A DNA stretch of 64,000 nt from positions 1,101,924 through 1,165,923 of the forward strand of contig JAAOMT010000299.1 in the NCBI GenBank assembly GCA_016748015.1. Reading direction: 5' to 3'. A program made the position numbers and the translations under genes. Shown here piece after piece: positions 24,061-34,800 of the stretch (within the stretch, counting starts at the first letter, position 1; every line of letters starts with the position of its first letter). Below the pieces are notes generated by a model. That model was not told where the DNA came from, did no database searches, and worked only from the letters and a program-made list of their open reading frames with translations. The DNA is from Geosiphon pyriformis uo1 (lineage: Eukaryota; Fungi; Glomeromycota).

Positions 24061-26503
24061 TTAGTCATTGTTGATTTTATCGGAATTTCCAATACGATTG
24101 ATGACCATGTAGTGGCATTTGTTGCGGGTACCCTAAAAAAAAAGTTTACATTGGCTGTTTCCAAAGAAAAAGTTTATAGCTTCGGTTTGTTTATTTTCAT
24201 GGCTTAATGTGATATATTAATTTCTTTGAATTATTGAAATAAAGTAAGTAAATAATGAATGAATGAATGAATGAATGAATGAATGAATTAATAAATAAAT
24301 AAATAAATTAATTAATAAATGATCATATATTAAAATTGTTGTTAACCTTTTAATTTTTATTAATATATATATTTTTTTTTGTAAAGAGTATTTTATTAAT
24401 GCATTATTCTATGCTCTATGCAGGTAATATATTAAATCAGGAATTTCAATTTATTCGAATTTTAAATTTATTACATACAAAGAGTTAGGGGATACAAAAT
24501 TAGCCATTTTTTTTATTTTATTTTTTTGATAATCCTGATCAATGTTCTCTCCAGTTTTTTCTCTTATATGTGTACAAAAAGTCAAACCAATAATCACTAA
24601 ATTTTATAATGGCACATGATGCCACAAGACTAACACGCACGCCGAAAATGGGAGACCAATTTATTGTGCGCGAATCAAAATCTTTTGTCAAACGATGAAA
24701 GATTTTTTTTAACGATGCTTACAATGGGATTGCGAAACTTTTCACAATTGATGTGAATTTGTGTGTACATTATTGAAAGATTTACAAAAGTTTGTTAAAA
24801 AAAATAAAAATAAAAAAATAAAAAAAAATGGATTATCATTTAAGTTTAATCAAGTTATTATTCGAATTCTTGTCGAAACCAGGATATTAAAATTTTGTGA
24901 TATTTTTCCTCAGGTATTGGGAGATGTAATGCATCAATAAATTTCGAAACTATAATTAGTTTTTCAATATTTAAAGTAACTTGATCCCACGTTTTTTTTT
25001 TTTTTTTTTTTTTTTTGAACTATATACTAATTTTTTTGACAAGTTTCCATGTACCAAAAAAAAAAAATTGCGTTACAAAGATTTTAGATGGTTTTTCTGC
25101 AGTGATATTTCACAAAGTACAAAAGTACCAATTTGGATCAAACATTTTTTAAAGATTGATTTCGAATCTCGAGAAAAAAAAACCTCTCCCCCCCCCCCCC
25201 ATTTTCAAGTCATCCCTGAAAAATTAAAATGAACAGGTTTTTTATTGTTTTATAATTTTGTTCCCAAGTTTTACTTGAATGGGCTAAAAAAAATTATCAA
25301 TGTGAAACTATCTAAAACTTTTACAGGAACAATAGAATGGAATTCAAAATTTTTTCCTTAGGAGAATCGCCTGGAAAGAATAAAATTTTTTAGAAAAAAT
25401 TTTTCAAATTAGATTGAATAATATTAAATTTTTTTTTTCTTCAATGAACTCAATTTAATTTATTTATTTTTCTTCAATGAACTTAATTTAATTTTTTCAT
25501 TTACATTATAAAAAACTTTTAACGTGATTTTCTTAATTTTATTCAAGGTAACTAACCAAAAGATATATTATATGTATTTTATTACTTATATCTTAAACAA
25601 TAAAATTATTCTATTTGTTATTGAAAGAAAGAAATAACCCTTAAATTTATGAAATCTGTTTGACAAAATAATTTTGTTTTTTTCAAAATATTCAAAAAAA
25701 AATAAAGCTTTCAAAAATTTCTTAATTTTTACCATTTATTAAAAATTAACTATTTATTATAAAAACTTTTTCATGTAATAGTTAATGTCAAATTTAATTT
25801 ATTTCTTTATTTTTTGTTTCAAAATTGGGTTATTTCTATTCGCTCATAAAATAAAATAAAAAAATTCTTTTCATTTTAAATGTATAAAAATAAAATCTGA
25901 ATGTTCAATTCATTATTATGTAATACATTGTTAAAATAGAAAAAGTTTTAAAATCTTTTCAATATTCATACTTAATTTCGAAAAACATATTAATAATAAT
26001 AATAATAATCTCGTAATATTGAATTCTGATTCTTTTCAAAAAATTAATTTTATTCTTTTATATTCTATGAAAAAATTTTTACATGCAATTTTGATTTTTA
26101 GAAAAAAATTAATCAAAAAATTTTTTTTTTAATTGAAATAAAATTTGACAAATAAAAAATTTTTATAAAAATCAGATTTATTCATATATTTAATTCTGAT
26201 TTAAAGTTTTGAAAAATGTTAAAAAAATTGAAATAGAAAATTTTACAAAGAAATTCAAGATTTTCCTTTCTATCAACAAGATCCTTGGCAACAAAGTTAT
26301 CAAATATGGGACTATAGGACAATTGGAAGGCATTTAGTTGAATGTGAATATTCAGAAAGCCTTCCAAGAGCAACACCGATGCTTTGCCAAAGTCCATAAA
26401 CTAGCATGTGTAGAGAGGGCCTAAAAACATTTGAATCACACGGTGTTTACAGATGAAACAGCTTTTCAGCTGTTACAAAATATAAAGAAATGGATGCCCA
26501 AAA

Positions 26504-26629
26504 ATTAGAGCAAATTATCGTGAAGGAGTGGCATGATATTCCCCGATCTATTCTAATCAGGTTAGCGGGATCAATGAAGTCGCGTTGTGAACTAATTATA
26601 GAAGGAAATGGTAATCGAATTTCCTTATA
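26504..26629 (+). mobile_element. Tc1/mariner transposase C-terminal fragment
   Basis: LEQIIVKEWHDIPRSILIRLAGSMKSRCELIIEGNGNRISL* fits the Tc1 C-terminal pattern and resembles the end of the 42661-43932 transposase. Confidence 0.75.
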
Positions 26630-26726
26630 AAAAAGATTTAGTTTTTTAGCTTTAATTTAATTTGTTAGTGTTTTTGATGTAAATTATGTTTTCTTATCAA
26701 GTTTTGATTTTTGGATCTAAACTTTT

Positions 26727-26979
26727 GGTTTCCAAAAAGTTTTTAATGAAAATATAGACTTTAAAGACGAATTAAGTGATGGTATTAAAGAAGTTAGTCA
26801 GGGTGTTTGGGGAGCTACCAAAAAATTTGGGCAAGTTCGCTATCAAAACAGAAACAGTGGTGGGAACGGGAGCAGCAATCGTTTCCATGGGGGTTTAAGC
26901 TGTTGCTTACCATGGTTCCCATAAAGAAAGAGGAAGGAGTTATGATAGTGAGTGCCCTATTTGTCGAGGAGATATCTAA
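26727..26979 (+). pseudogene. Bacterial-type Gly/Ala-rich small protein ending in a CxxC motif (frameshifted)
   Basis: GFQKVFNENIDFKDELSDGIKEVSQGVWGATKK / LGKFAIKTETVVGTGAAIVSMGV*AVAYHGSHKERGRSYDSECPICRGDI*; intronless. Confidence 0.4.
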
Positions 26980-27179
26980 AAAAAATTTTATGGCAAATAA
27001 ACAACCACTTCTTTTATTTCTTCACTCGAGTCAGTCTTATGTATTATCCACATTTTTTTTTCATTATAAACTTTTTCTTTTTTGATTTCTCTTATACTCT
27101 TTCTTATCTTATATTTTTTGGCCTTCTCTAATTATTCACATTGTTTGTAAAATAATTAGGAAAAGAAAGAATTAGTTAT

Positions 27180-27600
27180 TTATCAGCAAAAAAATCTTTG
27201 TCGGACATACTTATTAAATGTCTTCCACTTACTAGCAATAAACACCCCATAAAACTGCTTACTTAGGCATTTAAAGTATAATATCATTTAGGCACTCTCC
27301 ACCCCCCCCCCAAAAAAAAAAAACTGAGATTATTTTGATTTTTGATCTGACCAGTCTTCCCAGCTTCTTTTAGTTCTTGACCATAGAGATAACAAGCACA
27401 CAGGTCATAAGAATGATTAGGCTTAACTGGTCTTTTCTGGTGATCTGGTTGTGGGAATCTTTTTTGATATGACTAACAACCTCATATATACAAGCAGACT
27501 TTGTAACAGAATTCTCAACAAACTAGATACTCCGCTTCATGCAAGCAACAGAAAAACTTACCAAATGGCTTTAAGTTATTATTGGTGACATAGTATTTTT
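27180..27600 (-). pseudogene. Bacterial-type Cys-motif hypothetical protein (decayed)
   Basis: KPNHSYDLCACYLYGQELKEAGKTGQIKNQNNLSF / WGVESA*MILYFKCLSKQFYGVFIASKWKTFNKYVRQRF, joined across an expanded poly-T/poly-G run at ~27302-27322. Confidence 0.45.
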
Positions 27601-27627
27601 ATTGCAAATTTTAATCGTTTTCTCTCT

Positions 27628-27924
27628 ATTGTCTTCACCTTTGAAAAAGCTACCACTGGGGTCTAAAAGGGTAAAAGGTTAAGAAAAGAAATGCACAATT
27701 GTAAAAGAGAATTAACCAAAAGGAGTAGACCAATCTTAGCCTTACAGAAACTTATTTTACTTGAACAAAGCCAAAAAATTTAAGAGAATTAAACCAATTA
27801 CTCGGCAATCGTTTAGAAAATTAAAAAAGGGCCGAAATAATTTATGGTATCATAATTAACGACTAATATCGTATTATTTTTGATTAAATAGGTACTAATG
27901 CTTACAATGTATTAGATAAAAGTT
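27628..27924 (+). pseudogene. higB: HigB-like (RelE/ParE superfamily) toxin, frameshifted
   Basis: IVFTFEKATTGV*KGKRLRK...LALQKLILLEQ / KNLRELNQLLGNRLEN*KRAEIIYGIIIND*YRIIF* / GTNAYNVLD aligns by eye with the HigB pattern ...ARRKLxxLxxAxxLxDL...PGNRLEKLKG...YSIRINDQWRIxF...GxAYxV. Confidence 0.8.
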
Positions 27925-28229
27925 ATGGTAAGGAATCAAAAAAACCAAAAAACAAGAGAAAAAGATAGAATTAAAGCTTATTTACCCAGGGAAAATGTTA
28001 AGGGAAGAATTATTAATACTCTTAAAGATATCAGTCGACCAATTTACCAAAAGTATTCAGATAAAGAAGAAATAATTAAGGAAATATTAGCGGAAAAGCA
28101 AGATATTAGTTCTAATATTGATTGAGTTTGCAAAAGGGTTATAAATTAGATTGCTGAAAAGATAAAGAAGAGGAAAAAAAAATTAGCAAAAATTTAAGGC
28201 TTTTTTCACAAACAAGAAAAAGACTATGA
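27925..28229 (+). pseudogene. higA: HigA-like HTH (XRE) antitoxin, frameshifted with an internal deletion
   Basis: Immediately downstream of higB. ELKLIYPGKMLREELLILLKISVDQFTKSIQI / EEIIKEILAEKQDISSNI / *LSLQKGYKLD parallels HigA PIHPGEILxEEFLxPLxISxxxLAxxIxV...IxEIxxxKRxIT...WLNLQxxYxL. Confidence 0.8.
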
Positions 28230-28337
28230 ATGAAATGGTGAATAACAAGCTTTTTTCCACTATATAAAAATTTTAAAAACATCCTAATCAGTTCTTTGTC
28301 TTTGATTACTATAAAAAATTCGCTTGGTTCCTCTTCG

Positions 28338-28550
28338 CTAAATGGTTATTTCTTTGGCATTGCTATCTGAACAAAAAGATTTGGTCTGTTTTCCCCTTTT
28401 AGCTTTTTCGCGTTTTTTGGCTAATTTTTTTGCATACATATCCAAGGCTCTTTCTAAAATCTCAACTGCAAAACATTGTTCTTTCCAGACTAACTTTTTA
28501 TAAAACTCAGGCTTTACCCGCAGTCCTAGAGGCTTAGTTATTTCTTTTTT
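28338..28550 (-). pseudogene. Ribbon-helix-helix (CopG/ParG-like) DNA-binding protein, 5' end frameshifted
   Basis: KKEITKPLGLRVKPEFYKKLVWKEQCFAVEILERALDMYAKK: alternating beta strand (LGLRV), then P-E helix A and helix B (VEILERALDMY). Confidence 0.55.
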
Positions 28551-29497
28551 CTAGCATAAATTTAGATTTCAATTATTTTTAATTTTATAGTTTTTCTATC
28601 TGCTAGCAAAAATTATTTATTAGGCGTTCTGTGGGAAAAAATAAATCAAAAAGGAGAGGTTTTTGGATAAAAAGTAAGAGTTAAAAAGGAAAATTAATTG
28701 TAGTGTTAAAAACAGTTAATCAGTATTAAGTGTGTGTGCGAAAACTAAATTTTTAGTCTAATTTATTTGGTGTGAGAAATACATTATCAAACAAAATTTT
28801 TGGTAAAAAACAAATTGAAAAAAAAATTTTACATTTTAAATATTAATGGACTATTCTAAACAAAATGAGTTGAATATTAACAGAATTTTTAAAAATATTT
28901 AATTTTTCAAGATTTAAAATAATAATTGAGTTGTGATAGCTAGAATGTAATTTAGAAATTTATTTATTTTTTTTCAATAATAAAAAATAATTTACTAATT
29001 TTTAATAATATCTAATACGAGATATAATTTTCCAATTTTAATTCTTTATAATTTTATTTGATGATTTCAAAAATTTCAAAGAATTAAAATTTGCATTTTG
29101 TCAATTTTTGGGTATTAAATCTGACTTAAAGCCATTAAATAATTTCTATATTATATTTTTTTAGTATAAGTTAATTATTTATGAATTTAAAATACAAAGA
29201 CTTATTTAAATCAAGATAATATTTATGATCAAATTGATTGACTGATTAATAATCAAAAAAAAATCATAATTTCTGATTAAAATCGTGTAAAAAGTTTTAA
29301 ATCTGTTGATTTGTTTAATCTATTAAAATGAAAAAATAATAATTTTATTTTTTATAAATTTTTTCATTTACATTTTAAATTTATTTATTATATTATTAAA
29401 TGAATATTTATAATTTTGGGTTTTGTTGGTGTAATCTCCACGAAAATTTTTTTTTCAATTAAAAACACAATTTCATTAAAATAAATTTTATTTTTAA

Positions 29498-29533
<36 letters not shown>

Positions 29534-30648
29534 ATTAATAAATAATTCAAAGATAAACAAAGTTATAATTTAAAAAATTTTAATTTTAATGTTATTTAAG
29601 AAAAAAATTAACTTTCAATCGGTTTTTAAAAAAGTTCAAAACTAAAATCAAGTTTTTAAATATTTTTGATCAATGAAATTTTTAAAAAATGAGATAATTT
29701 TGTTTTAGCTTATATCTTTGAAAACAGTTTCAAAATGAAATAAAATTAAAAGGTCCATTCCAATATGTTTTTTGTTAATTTCAAAATTTTAAATACTATT
29801 TTATTTGATACCCTGAAAATGTAATTCCCTAAAAAATTTAAAATCTAATTTTAAATGTTAACCAAAAATCTTGTTTCGTTAAACAAAGCCTACTTGCCGA
29901 TCTCTTTATTTTGGTCATTTGATGATTATCTTTAGTTCATCTCTGTAAAAGCCACTAACAGATTTATCTTAAAAATAACAAGGGAGAATACGAAGAAAAA
30001 ATGTTTCGATAATTTGAATTATATAAACCAGGGCAGCTTAGTATTTCTTAATCAAAGGTTAATAAAAATTTAGAAAATTGGAAACACATCAACATTGTCA
30101 TGAAAATGTCCATAATTCCCATTTACAATGTTCATGGTTCACACAATTCACCCCTGTCATCGTATTTGACATCAGTCAACCAATCATTGATAGTTGCAAT
30201 GAATGAAGCCAATGATAATTTTTTTATTTTAAATTTTTGATTTATGTGACATCTAATACGGTCGATTTCTGCACATCACCCCTCCTCGCAACAACAAACT
30301 TTCATTGCTGCCAAAATACAATATTATCGTTGCTTTTTCGTGTAAAATATTAAAAATATTTTGGTAAGTTTATTGTTTTTGACAAAATTTAATTGAAAAA
30401 GAATATTTTAGATGTAAATCAAACCACTATAATCCATTTAAAAGTCACCTTATCGTTTGTTTATTTTTGGCACGCTCTATCTGTTATCTGTGGGCAATTT
30501 TGTAGGCCGTTATTTTGATTCTCATCATTTTACAAATAATGCATGCAATTTTCCATTTTAAAGAAAATACTAGCCTCCAAGATTATTTTTTAACTAGGTG
30601 TAAAAATTTGAACAACTCAAAAATAAGAAAACTTCAGTTTTGATCAAA

Positions 30649-31858
30649 ATGAGTAACATATCTTCACCCACACCGTTCGTGGCTGAACATACTGGTGAAA
30701 TAATGATGAAGACACTGGAGGTTCGTCGTAAAATTTTTAAAATAATTTCAAGCTTTAATAAAATTTTGCAAATCCCCTAAAAAATTAAATTAAATCATTT
30801 TCAATTAATTTTAATTTTTAATTATTCAATTTCTTAATATTTTTCTAATTGCTTTGTTATTGAATGACCAATCATAGGTTATTCAGGCCTACAAAGAAGC
30901 CGGTCAAAAATTACGGAAAGTTCAGCAGATTGTAAACGAATTGCGAGCCATCCTTCCACCTGATAGGTGTCTCAGATTCCCACCAGGGGTACTTGAAAGC
31001 CTATCCACATTCCCAATTGAATCCATGGTCAATTTCCCTCTCAATGCAAATATATCATTACCACCTTTTTTTTCACAAATTCCCCAAGAATCGATTGACA
31101 AAACAGAAAAATCTGGTATAGATGAAAAACAAAAATTAGGTTTTAATCGGCAGCAAGAATTCGAAAAGTCTCCAAAGGATGAAGAAACTGAAGAGGATGA
31201 GCTTTTTCCACCTCCAATATCACGTGACCAAACGCCTGAACCATCGAGACCTATTAATATGATTGCAAAAAAGAAAAATATTCGCCATGAACCATACGAA
31301 AAACCACGATATTCAACCACTGAAGAAAATTCAGAAACTTCCGATGAATTCACGGTTACCAAAATCTCAACAACTGAAAGAAAAGCCCCAACTCTTCCAA
31401 ATGAAGCCACCCTAAGAATGAAATCCAAATTCCTTGGAAATATCTCCCTTAAAACAAATTTTCATCATCTTAGAAGTACTACTCCACGCTCAGAAAGGAA
31501 GGTTACCACCACGAGAGATTATTCACCACCAAAAAGTCCATCATCACCTTCACCTACAAAATTTCGATTTTCAGAATCATCTAATACAAAAATTTATAGT
31601 GCTGAACAAAAAATGCTCGTTGATGAATTTATCAAATATTTGACCCCTCGTCTCTCTACCACATCACAAAAAGCAATCGCTGAGGAAATTCGTCAAATTT
31701 CAGGAAACACTACAAGAATTGCTCAAGGAACGATCTCAAAGATGATTCGACGTGTTGAGATACCCCGGGACAACAATACGGTTGACGCCATTCGCAAATG
31801 GATTATTATCGAACAGTCCAAACCTGGATGTCCTGGAATTAAGGAAGAGGCAGATTAA
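30649..31858 (+). CDS. 350-aa putative nuclear protein with a C-terminal lambda-repressor-like HTH; 2 exons (30649-30720, 30878-31858)
   Basis: ATG 30649, donor GTTCGT at 30721 and acceptor TAG at 30877 join in phase 0 to ORF 30941-31858. The middle is P/S/E-rich and disordered, with a PY-NLS-like KKKNIRHEPY. The C-terminal SQKAIAEEIRQISGNTTRIAQGTISKMIR resembles an XRE/POU-type HTH. Confidence 0.75.
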
Positions 31859-34800
31859 AAGATCCTTGACCTCATATCCAATGAAAAAAACTAGCGATCA
31901 CGGAAAAATTTTTGATTTTGCACTGGACTTAAATTTCATAAAAAGCTTTTTTCTTCCACAATTTTTGATGCCCAACTTTCAAAGGTTTGCTAAAATGGAA
32001 ATATCAATCACGCTTTCAACATACTTCAATCTCAGCGTAAACAAGATCAACCTATTTGAAATCATTAAAAGATGATAATCGACAGTTTCTAAAACATTAC
32101 TCTTTCGAGATTTTTCTGTATATTGCCATTTTTAGTAATTTTGAGTTTACTCTTATCTTTGTTTAACCAATCATTTTAGTTAAGAAAATTCTTGCTCATC
32201 GGATCATCCACAAGCTTAGTAAGAAAGCCTTACTTTTGGAATCTTAAACTCCGAAGTTATCGCTGCAAAAAAAATTCAATTCAATTTGTAATATTAGTGC
32301 CTAAAATATTTGGAAATTTTTACAGAAAACTCTTTGTAAACTTTGCCAAAACATAAAATATTAAAAATCGTTCTCCCAACAATAACTGCTAGATTCCCCA
32401 ATGCAAAAATAAACAATTCGCTAATTTATAAAAGAATCAAATCACAAAGTTTTGAATTAAGAATAATCCAAAGCAAATTCTAAATTGTAATCTCTATTTA
32501 AAATAAATAATTCAATAAATTATAATATATGAGTATTTCAAATCAAAGATTTTTTTTCTATGAAATTAGTTTAATATCCAAATTCTCATTTTTTGAACAA
32601 TCAAAGTTTTTTATCAATATATATTTGATTTATTAGATAGATTATTTTGCAACAAAATAAGTTTTGCAAAAGCCTTTTATGATATTCTGGAAAAAACACA
32701 ACAATTTGGATTGAGAAAGAGATAAATTTTAAGTCAAAATTAACTTCAAGTAAACTTATTTCTCATTTTAAAGCTTAGAACAGTTTTTCAAGTATATTAC
32801 TATTCAAATAAAAGATTATAAGTTTATATTGCCAATTAATTTCAAAAATTAAAATAATTTATAAGTTAACATATTGTGGTTTATTCCACGCACAAAGTTT
32901 GTAATATTCAATAAATTTTTTTAACAAGTCAAAATAATAACAGGTTTATGATTCTGGATAAAAATTGTTATTTAATGAAAAAAGTGACAAATTTTGTAAT
33001 GTATAATTATATTAATTTTGAACTTTAAATTCTAAACAATGTATTGCCGAATAATATCATAAAATTGAAATTTTATTTTTATTTATTTTTCTATTGTTAT
33101 TTTGTTTATCTGATAAGGAATGTTTTGCAACCTATTTATATTTATACAAAACAAATTTGTGACATGTTTAAACAATTAAAAAATATATCTTTTTTTAAAA
33201 TGTATGTTATAGTTTTTGAATAACTATTATATTATTGATTAATTTGCAAATAAATAACAATATTTAGATAAAACTCGAGCACAAATTAATGAAAATTTAA
33301 TTTATATTTCATATTTGGTTAATTAAAATCTTATTCTATTACAAATTTAATTTCGGCAATAATTAACATATTATAAACAAGAATTTATTTTTTTGCATTA
33401 TTTTATAATTTTCAAGTTAATTATTTGATAATAAAATCTTAAAAGTTTTTGACCTTTAAACTAAAATAGAACTGCAATTAAAAAAATTCTAACCTAAAAA
33501 TTTTTGCATTTGTTTGCTTTTCTTAGCTAAAATTATATTATCCCTTAATTTTTTGTTGATTATTCCATTATTAATTATTTAATTCATCCAATTATTTTTA
33601 CTATTAAAAAGTATAATTAGATGTAATAATTACATATGTAATGTTTTAAATTTGGTAAAAATTAAAATTTAGCCAAGATTTGAGATATTTTGAATAAGTT
33701 GATCAAAATATTGTAATTAATTTAAATTTTGAATGATGTGTCAAAATTTTTGCAAAATTAAAAATACTTAAAATAATAATATTTAAATGATACAAAAAAG
33801 CCTATCTCTTTAAAGAAATATTTATTTAATAGCTTAAAAAGTTAAATACTTGAAATAAATACAATTTATTGAAACAAAAATTAAAACTTAATAGATCCAA
33901 AATTGGCTTTTTTAAAATTATTATACTTAAATTAAATTTTAGACTCCAAAAAATAATTATTTTTAAATTGTTTACTATTTGTTTTTATAAAATGATAATT
34001 TTTTAAGCAATTGCAAATACAATAATTATAATAAATAATTAGATATTAGTTAGTAATTAAATTAAATACAATTATTTTTAAATATTATAGTTTCAAAGCT
34101 TTGAAAAATATTGAAATCAATTAAAAAATATTAAAAATAAACAAATAAGATATTTTCTGATAATAATATAATTATTTTAATTACAGTATATAATATTTAA
34201 AATAAGAAATCTTTAAATTAACAGAATTATTGGTTTTGTTAAATGTATATTATAAAAATCATAAATAAAAATTTATATACTTATTAAACTAACAAAAATA
34301 AAATTCAAAAAATAATAAATTTAACTATTAAAAATATGTAATTTAAAATATTTATTTATTTATTTCAACTTATTCATCTTTGGATTAAATAAATTCAGTA
34401 TTCAAACCAATAATTATATGATTTTTTATTATATTTAACAGATAAAGTTTTATTAATTAGAAGTTAATTAAAAATATCATGTATTTTTTTCATATAACTT
34501 TGATAATTATTTATAGTATTATTAAGAAATAATAAAATGTTGAATAATACAAGATAATGCAAAATTATTGTTTGTACAAATTAAAATTAAATTCAACAAA
34601 ATTCCAAATTTGTATAGTAAATTGAATTATATTTATAATAATAATAAAGCTTATAGATGTCTTATTTTTATAACTTTATAATAAGAATTTGATATTGTTT
34701 ATTAACAATTTTTATATTGATACTTAAATATATATTTGATAAAAATTAAAAACATTTGCTTTGAATAAATAAATAATTTAGCATTATATAGTTACAAATA

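Noticed and set aside
27925-28125. 66-aa ORF taken as an intact protein
   Set aside because: It is a mosaic of frames of the decayed higA; the diagnostic YPGKMLREE segment lies in another frame.
30922-31428. 168-aa antisense ORF (also the antisense ORFs over the LINE and Tc1 elements)
   Set aside because: Shadow frames of better-supported sense-strand coding regions.
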